Assembly (NCBI GenBank): GCA_023898465.1 | Contig: CP060223.1 | Span: forward strand, 704,001-768,000 | DNA: 64,000 bases | Direction: 5' to 3' | DNA from: Candidatus Nomurabacteria bacterium | Lineage (GTDB): Bacteria; Patescibacteriota; Patescibacteriia; HK-STAS-PATE-3 | Shown: one piece after another, positions 35,625 to 43,859 of the stretch | Layout of the letters: each line of letters opens with the position of its first letter | How positions within the stretch are numbered: the stretch's first letter is position 1 | Made by a program: the position numbers and the translations under genes | The notes under the pieces: generated by a model | The model's database searches: none | Told to the model about the DNA's origin: nothing | Seen by the model: only the letters and a program-made list of their open reading frames with translations

Positions 35625-35705
35625 TCCTCTCCGCAGTCCTCATTCCCTTCCTCCCCTTTCAAAGGGGAGGCTAGGTGGGGTTAAGAACTCTGGAGAGAGG
35701 AGGAG
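35625..35705 (-). promoter_or_regulatory. structured leader element, family A/B, copy B2
   Basis: About 95% identical to B1 across the CCUCCCC/GGGGAGG hairpin and flanks; about 25 nt upstream of the SD of 35158..35595. Confidence 0.55.
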
Positions 35706-35767
35706 AAGGGCAGTCTTCTTCTCCAGTGTACTTGTCACCCGCTCTACTGCCTGCGGGAAAGAACTAG

Positions 35768-36217
35768 TCAGATGCACTCAGGGTGTGCACCGACATAACG
35801 CCCTTCCACTCCTATTGTAGAGACGTAATCTCCACAAATCTCCCCTCCACACATGACACAACCATGGGTAGCACATGGTTCCTTTTCTCGGGGTGTCCAG
35901 TCACAGGACCCCCCTCTTTCCTTGCCGCATGAGTAGCACGCGGCTACCCACTCGACAATTCCCTTGTGATCTTCAGGGGATTGGATGGGTACCTGGAATG
36001 ATATCCCCGTCAGATCCACACCACAGAATTTGCACTGTTTGTCATATACCGTCCCACGCCGAACTTCCAGTTCGGCTAGTCCGCGTTGATCCATCCCTGC
36101 CATTTCCCCTTTCCTTATGGTGGGGATATGATCGTTACAATATGCAACGTCATAAAGCAGGCCAGATGTGTAGTGAGTCGCGACCTGGTTACACGTATGA
36201 CAATGGATGGTCTTCAT
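35768..36217 (-). CDS. Cys-rich hypothetical protein with four CxxC pairs (tandem zinc ribbons), 149 aa
   Basis: HCHTCN, CKFCG, CYSCG, CVMCGG motifs. Confidence 0.45.
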   Translation of the reverse strand: MKTIHCHTCNQVATHYTSGLLYDVAYCNDHIPTIRKGEMAGMDQRGLAELEVRRGTVYDKQCKFCGVDLTGISFQVPIQSPEDHKGIVEWVAACYSCGKERGGSCDWTPREKEPCATHGCVMCGGEICGDYVSTIGVEGRYVGAHPECI

Positions 36218-37097
36218 TTCATCCTCCAGCGCCTAGAGCGCTTTTACCTGCCCCGCGGAGCAAGCGTATTTCAACTTCTTGGTGAAAGGAATCGTGCACG
36301 CGTACGTGCAGTATGTAGAATCCCCTTCCAGCGGGGCACAGCGCGCAAGGCACTATGGAGTCGCCACCATCGCTTGATGATGACCCTCCTCAAATCGTCC
36401 TCCGACTCAAACTTATTCGACAAGAATCAAGCGAGCTACAAAATTAACTTCATGAGAACGACTTAAGGAGAAATAGATTGTCAACGTTCACGAATCCTCA
36501 GCAACAATCTGGAGGCGAGTAACGAAATGTATCTTTGGACCGAGGCCCGATACACCCTACAGTTTCTCATGAAAGTAGTCAGTTTGCACCAACCGCGATC
36601 ATGTCCACTGGATGTCACTCCCCCTCCATATTGCTGCTGGAGATGAAAGAGGCAGACTTGAGGTATCGGTTTTCCACAATGCTGAGCAAAAGCCCAACAC
36701 CGTAGGATACCTCAAGTCCAACTCCTTCCTTTCCCGGAAGATCGGAGCGAGGTGGTCGCGGCCCTTCGCTCAAAATTTGCGTGACCGGCCAAATGCTCCC
36801 TCCGATGTTTCGGGAAAGTACTGCTAATAAAAATAGGCAGTAGACTGGGGATTTCGAGGAGACGACGAAACACGCAGTATACTGCCTTTTTACTCACCGT
36901 TTTTACGTAGGCAAAACCGGTGTCTCTCTCCTCGGATATTTATTTGGAATGAACCCCCTAAATCAGCGTAACAGCGGATAATACCATACCTAGCTATTCT
37001 TGTCAAGAGTTAAAGGTGCTAATATTAGCCAATTTAGCTAAAATTAGCCCATCCTTACATTATTCCCAGGTGGTAGAAGGAAGGGCTGGGGGTGGCG

Positions 37098-37937
37098 TCA
37101 GCACCGCCATAGCTCCTCACCTCGCACCTCAATGCACACATCCCCTTCTTCAATAGTTGAGAGTATCTGGGCACCGCGCTGCTCCACTCGCTCAAGCGTT
37201 TCAGGGCTAGGATGCCCAAATTGATTATCTAGGCCCGCGGAAACTATAACGATGCTGGGCTCTACCGCATCCAACCAAGCATCACTGGAGGAGGTTTTTG
37301 AGCCATGATGACCCAACTTCAATACATCAGCATGGAGTGGTAAACCAGACTCCAGCATTTCCTTTTCCTCATCAAAGTCGGCGTCGCCAGTCAATATGAA
37401 TGATTTCGCGCCAACATCTAAGCGAGTAACTACTGAATAGCGATTTTGATCGTCTGGCTCCTTTCCTCGCCAATCACCTTTAGGTGCGAGGACGGTCAGC
37501 TCCGCACCAGGCAAACTATAGCGTTGACCAGGCTGCGCATAGAGTATCGTTACCCCCTGATCAACTAAGAGCTGGAGAAACTCCTGATAGGCGGGCAAGT
37601 AATGTTCCACTCCGGTGAGTAAAACGCTTTGCACATGATAACGATGTAGCACCTCAACAAAGCCTGTCACATGATCAGCGTCAGGATGTGTCAGCACAAG
37701 CAGTTCAATAGTGCGGTCAAAATATGGTAAACGCTCACCTAGCCGCTCAACAACGGTCATGTCAGCTCCTGCATCAGTCAACACGTCAAAATGTTGTAGC
37801 GCTTGAATAAGTATCGCGTCTCCCTGTCCAATATCTAGAGTAGTCACTCGCACGAAATGCACCTGACGATATGACCAGACAACATATCCTGCCACGAAAA
37901 TACACAGCACAAATAAAATGAGTCGTATTCGCTTCAT
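37098..37937 (-). CDS. comEC: ComEC C-terminal metallo-beta-lactamase domain protein
   Basis: VTTLDIGQGDAILI...HPDADHVTG MBL motifs characteristic of the ComEC nuclease domain; overlaps upstream ORF by 4 nt. Confidence 0.75.
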   Translation of the reverse strand: MKRIRLILFVLCIFVAGYVVWSYRQVHFVRVTTLDIGQGDAILIQALQHFDVLTDAGADMTVVERLGERLPYFDRTIELLVLTHPDADHVTGFVEVLHRYHVQSVLLTGVEHYLPAYQEFLQLLVDQGVTILYAQPGQRYSLPGAELTVLAPKGDWRGKEPDDQNRYSVVTRLDVGAKSFILTGDADFDEEKEMLESGLPLHADVLKLGHHGSKTSSSDAWLDAVEPSIVIVSAGLDNQFGHPSPETLERVEQRGAQILSTIEEGDVCIEVRGEELWRC

Positions 37938-39439
37938 GCCTGAGAAATTTTTAATGCTGCTCTTTGCCTCCTATCCAAATACCATACCCAGGCAAAAAGT
38001 CCGAAATAGAGAAGCAGCCACCAATATTGTCCTGTGGCAAAATGCAACAATGACCAATCCGGCAAAGCAAAAAATTCCACTACCATGATTACACCACGCA
38101 GTATGAGCCAGGTTGCCGCTCCAAATAGTATGCCAAGTGATAAAGAGAGCACGCTAAGTAAAAGCGCCGCCGTCCCGGCTGCCATGGCAAAAGGAATCAA
38201 GGGAAGGATGAGCACGTTCACAAATAAACTAACGAGAGACACTCGACCAAACACGCAGAGAATAAGTGGCAAGGTAAATAAGGAAGCGGCAATAGTGGCA
38301 GAGATGGTGCCCCGTATTTCAAAGCGCTCTGGCAAGAAATGCACCCAACGATCAACATGACCAGAAAGCAACATAAGTCCCAGGGTAGACCCAAAAGAGA
38401 GCTGAAAGCCCGCATCATCTAATAAGATGCGCGGGTTTACTAAAACCATACTTACCCCACTCAGCACGAGGGCATTTATCCCGCGACTCGGTCGACCTAC
38501 ATGTCCGGCAAAAGCGGCAATGCACCCCATAATACCTGCCCGCACAATCGACGCTTGGCCGCCCACAAAAATTACAAACAGCGAAATTGCTAAGAGGACA
38601 AACCAAAAGGCATGCCGGCGACCAATCGTTTTTATCGCCATCGACATGATGAGGTTTACAACAATGGTGATATTAAATCCTGACAGCGCAATGAGATGTG
38701 TCGTACCTGTCCGACCAAAGGCCTCTGTTAACCACTCAGGCAATCCGCGGCGCGCACCAACCAAGAGACCAGCCTCAAATGATGCTTCAGGCTCGGGTAG
38801 GATACGGGAGAGCTGCGCAGTCACCCACTCCCTCCCATCAATGAGCGCACCACTAAAACTCCAATGAGAGGATTGTACAAGATCGAAGTGGCGAGCACTG
38901 CAGGTTGTCGCAATTCCGGATAAGGCTAGATAACGATCATAGGCAAAATCCTCAATCGGCTCGGGATGACGCACAAAGCAGCTGAAGCTCACCTCATCAT
39001 TTAATCGAAAACGCGGATACAATAGCGCTCGCACTAAAATCTTTGCATCATTATTCTGTTCTGCACTTGTAATTTGATTATTAGAATTTGTTTTTTGTTT
39101 ATTGGTATTTGGAATTTGGGATTTGCTATTTGGGATTTCTATGGTGTACTTAATATGATCGCGGCGAATATCAGGCGCTGCTACAATCTGACCTTGCAGA
39201 CTAGTGTTCCCTTCAGGCAATTGAGCGAGCTCTGACACTACGGTTGCTCGCACTACACCAAGCGACAATCCAAAAAGACAAAGGAGCAACAGTGGTGCGC
39301 GCCGCCCTATAACGAAGATAATAAATACCCCGCAACAAAAAAGAAGCGGGTAAAGCAAAGGCAGAGAAATCCATCGGTAGAGACCTATACCGATGAGGAA
39401 AGAAATAAGTGTAGAGAGAAAAAGCTGGGAACGCGTCAT
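37934..39439 (-). CDS. comEC: ComEC/Rec2 family competence membrane channel domain protein
   Basis: DUF4131-like N-terminal region and Competence domain (LSGFNITIVVNLIM...GQASIVRAGIMG); contains N/K/Q-rich low-complexity insert. Confidence 0.75.
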   Translation of the reverse strand: MTRSQLFLSTLISFLIGIGLYRWISLPLLYPLLFCCGVFIIFVIGRRAPLLLLCLFGLSLGVVRATVVSELAQLPEGNTSLQGQIVAAPDIRRDHIKYTIEIPNSKSQIPNTNKQKTNSNNQITSAEQNNDAKILVRALLYPRFRLNDEVSFSCFVRHPEPIEDFAYDRYLALSGIATTCSARHFDLVQSSHWSFSGALIDGREWVTAQLSRILPEPEASFEAGLLVGARRGLPEWLTEAFGRTGTTHLIALSGFNITIVVNLIMSMAIKTIGRRHAFWFVLLAISLFVIFVGGQASIVRAGIMGCIAAFAGHVGRPSRGINALVLSGVSMVLVNPRILLDDAGFQLSFGSTLGLMLLSGHVDRWVHFLPERFEIRGTISATIAASLFTLPLILCVFGRVSLVSLFVNVLILPLIPFAMAAGTAALLLSVLSLSLGILFGAATWLILRGVIMVVEFFALPDWSLLHFATGQYWWLLLYFGLFAWVWYLDRRQRAALKISQA

Positions 39440-39503
39440 ATCGCTGCGCCACCAACTTGTCCACTATGACTCTACGCTATGTGATGAAAAAAAGAAAGAC
39501 CTC

Positions 39504-39809
39504 TCAATGAGAGGTCTCCACGGCCTGAGAAGCAAGCACGTTCAAGCGCAAGTGACGCACCACCGCGCCGTAGGTAAAGCGCAGCCGAGTTCCCGAAGGA
39601 ACAAGAATCGAATCTCCTCGATTGATACGTGACCCATCGGCCACGAGGACGATCGGACCGGCCAGAGTCAGATTCCTCACTCGAATCTGATCACCCTCTA
39701 CCGAGAAGCTCACCTCCCTCGGAAGCTTCCCTCGGAGGATTTTGCCCTCCTCATCATCCTTACTCCTGAAGGAAACGATCTCGAGACCCTCGATTTCAGT
39801 AGCGCCCAT
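39504..39809 (-). CDS. hypothetical protein (about 101 aa)
   Basis: High-GC; start MGATEIEG has GGAGGG 4 nt upstream. Confidence 0.4.
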   Translation of the reverse strand: MGATEIEGLEIVSFRSKDDEEGKILRGKLPREVSFSVEGDQIRVRNLTLAGPIVLVADGSRINRGDSILVPSGTRLRFTYGAVVRHLRLNVLASQAVETSH

Positions 39810-39936
39810 GTAGCCCTCCACAGGTTGATAGAAAAGAGCAGCTACTCAGTATGTACCATGCGCAAAAGACTCCGTCAAATAAAGAAAGCCCCTCTACATC
39901 CTGCAAAGGGGCTGTACTTGCGGTGAGTGAACGAGG

Positions 39937-40179
39937 CTAGCGGACGACGCGGAAGAGAGTCTCGTCGACAGTGAAGTCCGTACCGTACGGTACCACCACG
40001 TGGCGCGTCGGCCAGACGGTCTCACGACCAACCCGGACGCCACCCACAGCGCTAGTGTTGTGCAACACCACCTGCTCATACCCACGGGAGCGGAGACTCA
40101 CCCCAATATCGTAATCGCCGACCTGGGGATCACGGGGGACCGGATGTGTCCTCATTCCATCAACACGCACAATCTGCAT
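39937..40179 (-). CDS. hypothetical protein (80 aa)
   Basis: High-GC; GGGAGG 7 nt upstream of ATG. Confidence 0.4.
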   Translation of the reverse strand: MQIVRVDGMRTHPVPRDPQVGDYDIGVSLRSRGYEQVVLHNTSAVGGVRVGRETVWPTRHVVVPYGTDFTVDETLFRVVR

Positions 40180-40282
40180 GGTTTTTTCCTCCCAGCAGAA
40201 AAAAATTGGATGTCAAAAAACCGCAAGTAAGAAATACCATACGCCAAAAATACGGCTTTGTCAACGCCTAGCGCCGTGTTAA

Positions 40283-41365
40283 TTATATTACCGCACCCTC
40301 GCCTTTTAAATACGCTTCGATAAAGCCATCCAAATCACCATCGAGTACGGCTTGCGGATTATCTCCCTCGTGCTTAGTGCGATGATCTTTCACCATCTTA
40401 TAGGGATGCAACACATAAGAGCGAATTTGATTTCCCCATTCAGCTGAGTGAAATTCACCCCGAAGTTCTTTGCGCTTTTCCTCTTGTTCTTCCAGCCGCC
40501 TCATGTGCAATTTCTGCTTGAGAATCTTCATGGCTGTCTCTAGGTTCTGCTTTTGCGAACGCTCATTCTGACACTGCACAGTAATCTTGGTGGGTAAATG
40601 GACAATCCGTATAGCTGAATAGGTAGTGTTCACGCTCTGTCCACCATGACCTGAGGCCGTTGATGCCTCAATCTTCAAATCCTTTTCATCAATAACAATA
40701 TCAGGCAAGTCGCCAAAGTCCGGGATCACCTCAACAAGCGCAAATGAAGTATGACGCATCTTCTCGGCATCAAAAGGAGAAATGCGCACGAGGCGATGCA
40801 CACCTGCTTCGGCTTTGAGATAACCATAAGCATAGCGACCAAGCACTTCCATAGTAACACTCTTTATGCCCGCCTCACTACCTCGAGACTCATCAATCAC
40901 TTTCGCTGTCCAGCCCTTGCGTTCAAAATAACGCAGGTACATGCGCTTCAACATCTCAGCCCAATCCTGCGCATCAGTACCACCCGCTCCGGCATGAATA
41001 GCAAAGACGGCATCATTGGCATCGTACTCGCCACTAAGCATCATAGTAAATTCAAGCTGAGTAAAATCTTTCTCCAGCTTTTCGATTTGCGACTGCAGCT
41101 CTTCAGAGTCGCCAGTCTCTTGAGCTAGCTCATCTAGGGCTTGCGATTCTTCTTGCATTCGTTGCCAAAGCTCAACCTCTTTCTTAAGTTCGTCAAATTC
41201 ACGACTTGTCTTTGCCGCTGCCATATTGTCAGACCAGAAATCTGGCTGACTCATCTTATCTTCTAATTCCTTCAATAACTGCTGCTTTTGCGGCAGGTCA
41301 AAGAAACCCCCGTGAGGAGGCAATCTTTTGTGCGAGTTCGTGGATGCGTCCTTGAAGATCAGTCA
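40283..41365 (-). CDS. prfB: peptide chain release factor 2, with programmed +1 ribosomal frameshift site
   Basis: Short frame-0 ORF MTDLQGRIHELAQKIASSRGFL ends at the classic CGG GGG UUU CUU UGA C site (internal SD-like GGGGG, CUU-UGA-C); the +1 frame continues DLPQKQQ..., containing SPF and GGQ motifs. Confidence 0.85.
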
Positions 41366-41616
41366 TAAAACAAAAGTAACATACAAATTTGCTGAAAGCA
41401 ATTCTCGATACACTGATATGACTCCTGTTGCGCGCTGCTGCTGTCTCTGCATGAATAAACCGAGTAGTCAGCATTGATGTTCAGCAGCGCTTGATTCTTT
41501 TGCTTCTTTTCTGATCCCTGTCCCGAACGAAGTCATCGAGCCTGTTGTGATGACGATGTTGAGGGAAAGCAGAAAAGAAGTGTATGGACACCTCTCCGTT
41601 CACTAAGTACGATGCA

Positions 41617-42885
41617 CTATACTTCGCGCTCGCCTAAAGTGAGTTGAATAGTTTTTTCCTCACCATCATGCAATACCTTCAGACTAACAGTATCGCCTAC
41701 CTTATAGTCAATTAAGATATTTGTCAGCGTGGTATCCGAAGTAATTTTCTTGCCATCGAATTCCAGGATAATATCGTTTTCCTCTAGGCCAGCCTTATCT
41801 GCCGGACTGCCTGGGATAACCGCCAACTCGGAAGCATCACTTCCTCGAACGAGTAGAGCGCCATAATCAACTGAGAGATTGTTTTGCTCCTGCATATTGG
41901 CAGTGACTACCGTGTAGCGAATGCCTAGGTAAGGACGAACAATTTTCCCTTTTTCCTGCACGCTTTGCACATCCTGTTTAGCTGCATTAATTGGAATAGC
42001 AAAGCCAAGTGATTGACCCTCAGTAGAAACTGCGGTGTTCACGCCAATTACTTCACCGGAAATGTTCAGTAATGGACCGCCTGAGTTTCCTGAATTAATT
42101 GCCGCATCGGTCTGAATGGTGTCTTCAATCACTTCGGTTTGGCCGCTGCCATCACCTGCTTCAATAGTACGAGAGAGACCTGACACAATACCTTTCGTCA
42201 CTGTGTTTTGGAATCGACCTAAGGCGTTTCCAATTGCAATCACTGTTTCACCGATTTGCACGCTTTCTGAATCGCCCAGCTTCACTGCTGGTAAACCAGT
42301 TTTATCAATCTTCAAAATCGCCAAATCAAGACTTGGGTCTCGGGCTAAAACTTGTGCATCAACCCGCGTGCCATCATTCAGCACGACTGAGTAATCAATG
42401 GTCTCTAAATCTACTACATGCTTATTGGTAAGAATTAAACCATCGCTGGAAACAATAAAACCTGTACCACCGCGCACATCGCGCTTACCTTGTTGGGGCT
42501 GACTCGGCACCCCAATGCCAAATGGAGAGAAAAAATTTGAATCTTGAGAAATCTGACTAAAATCCTGCGTCCCAATGACGCTCACCACACTATCTTGCAC
42601 CTGATTCACTACATCAACCGTAGCTGAATCCTCGGCTACTTGCACCGTACGATTTTCAGTAATTGCTGAGCCTGAGGCATTTAAGCCAAAAAGTTTTTCA
42701 ATCCCACTGCCAAGTTGATTATTCACCGCCAACACGCCAAATACTGCTCCGGAAATAGCGCCGAGCACTAAACTAAACACGACCGCCATGATAAGTATGG
42801 AACGGAAAGCTTTTTTCTCGCTCTCGTGCATGGTCGGCTGAGAGGGTCTTACATTGTGATTTTCTTGTGGTGTGATATCCCCCAT
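41617..42885 (-). CDS. S1C family serine protease (HtrA/DegP-like) with PDZ domain
   Basis: GTGFIVSSDGLILTNKHVV, catalytic GNSGGPLLN, C-terminal PDZ; N-terminal TM anchor. Confidence 0.85.
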   Translation of the reverse strand: MGDITPQENHNVRPSQPTMHESEKKAFRSILIMAVVFSLVLGAISGAVFGVLAVNNQLGSGIEKLFGLNASGSAITENRTVQVAEDSATVDVVNQVQDSVVSVIGTQDFSQISQDSNFFSPFGIGVPSQPQQGKRDVRGGTGFIVSSDGLILTNKHVVDLETIDYSVVLNDGTRVDAQVLARDPSLDLAILKIDKTGLPAVKLGDSESVQIGETVIAIGNALGRFQNTVTKGIVSGLSRTIEAGDGSGQTEVIEDTIQTDAAINSGNSGGPLLNISGEVIGVNTAVSTEGQSLGFAIPINAAKQDVQSVQEKGKIVRPYLGIRYTVVTANMQEQNNLSVDYGALLVRGSDASELAVIPGSPADKAGLEENDIILEFDGKKITSDTTLTNILIDYKVGDTVSLKVLHDGEEKTIQLTLGEREV

Positions 42886-43094
42886 AGCGTATACCCAGGG
42901 TACTGTTCATACCGTGCAGTGTCAAGTCAAAAAGCATCAGTATGGCAGGAAAAAATACCTGCTACGTATAGTACAGCAAGCCTCTCCCTTTTCTTTCATA
43001 AATGAAAAACCCAATACTTTTAAATATATAAGCATTGGGCTCATTCTTCTCAAACTGTGCTCATAAAATAACAAGCACATTGAGACACGACGCT

Positions 43095-43409
43095 CTAGCG
43101 AACTTGCCGGTTTTTTCTATTTCTCCGGCGACGCGAACGTCGAGAGCCCAGTGAAGTCAGTACCACCTCTTGGCAAGGGAATTCCTTAACAAATGGTGGC
43201 CAGTTCACTGGGAAGAACAAGGCTTGGTACCCATGACGGTCAATCAGCTCTTGCCGAAACCTCTCCTCGCAGACATACCACTTCCGTCTCAGCAAAATCC
43301 GACGATTTTCGTGATGTAGCTGTCCGAGTCTCTCTGCCTGCTTCCTGTCGTCAGCCACGATCGGCTGACTCATTCCGCACACTGGACATTGAGCCAGAAA
43401 GCGTTGCAT
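43095..43409 (-). CDS. hypothetical zinc-ribbon protein with Arg-rich C-terminus (104 aa)
   Basis: GGAGG 7 nt upstream of ATG; CPVCG...CEE; tail RRSRRRRNRKNRQVR. Confidence 0.45.
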   Translation of the reverse strand: MQRFLAQCPVCGMSQPIVADDRKQAERLGQLHHENRRILLRRKWYVCEERFRQELIDRHGYQALFFPVNWPPFVKEFPCQEVVLTSLGSRRSRRRRNRKNRQVR

Positions 43410-43519
43410 CTCTCATCCTCCTTTCGAGGTCTTGGGTGGTAGTGACAAGGAACGAACAAAGCATAATAGACCATGAACACTATTTTGTCAATCCAAAACA
43501 AAAGGACCTGAGCTGTGCA

Positions 43520-43660
43520 TCAAGTCCTTTGAAAGTCATCTTCATCTTCAAGCGTTTCCCGATCGCGACGTGACAGCCCCCGGAAGTGGACTATGTAGAA
43601 TGACCCGAGCAATATGGCAGCCAGCCCAAAGATCGAGCCAATGATCAAGGGAAGATGCAT
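43520..43660 (-). CDS. small single-TM protein with acidic tail (46 aa)
   Basis: AGGAGGAGG then ATG; MHLPLIIGSIFGLAAILLGSFYIVHF..RDRETLEDEDDFQRT; its SD overlaps the stop codon of the upstream small gene. Confidence 0.45.
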   Translation of the reverse strand: MHLPLIIGSIFGLAAILLGSFYIVHFRGLSRRDRETLEDEDDFQRT

Positions 43661-43668
43661 GCCTCCTC

Positions 43669-43839
43669 CTAGGGGATGATATCTCCGGCCCGCAGCTCCT
43701 CGAAGTCTTCCTCGGTTGGATCTGGAATTATGGGCATATCGTGGATACGCTCGAAACACTTGAGGCTCCACACAACAAGACCAATCACCACAGCAATGGA
43801 AAACACAAAGATTGCCAAGGTAATCCACAATACCTGCAC
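43669..43839 (-). CDS. small single-TM protein with acidic tail (56 aa, GTG start)
   Basis: GGAGGAGG 5 nt upstream of GTG; VQVLWITLAIFVFSIAVVIGLVVWS..PTEEDFEELRAGDIIP; paralogous architecture to the next gene. Confidence 0.45.
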   Translation of the reverse strand: MQVLWITLAIFVFSIAVVIGLVVWSLKCFERIHDMPIIPDPTEEDFEELRAGDIIP

Positions 43840-43859
43840 TTTAACCTCCTCCGTCGCTG

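Noticed and set aside
30649-36250. Calling the tRNA-Asp-adjacent block an integrative mobile element
   Set aside because: No integrase, recombinase or transposase was seen and no direct repeat of the tRNA 3' end was found. The block also lies on the 5' side of the tRNA rather than the usual 3' side.
39050-39135. AT-rich tandem repeats (tatttgggattt-like units) that could suggest a CRISPR or minisatellite
   Set aside because: Units are irregular and lack spacers. They lie in frame inside the ComEC channel ORF and encode an N/K/Q-rich low-complexity insert.
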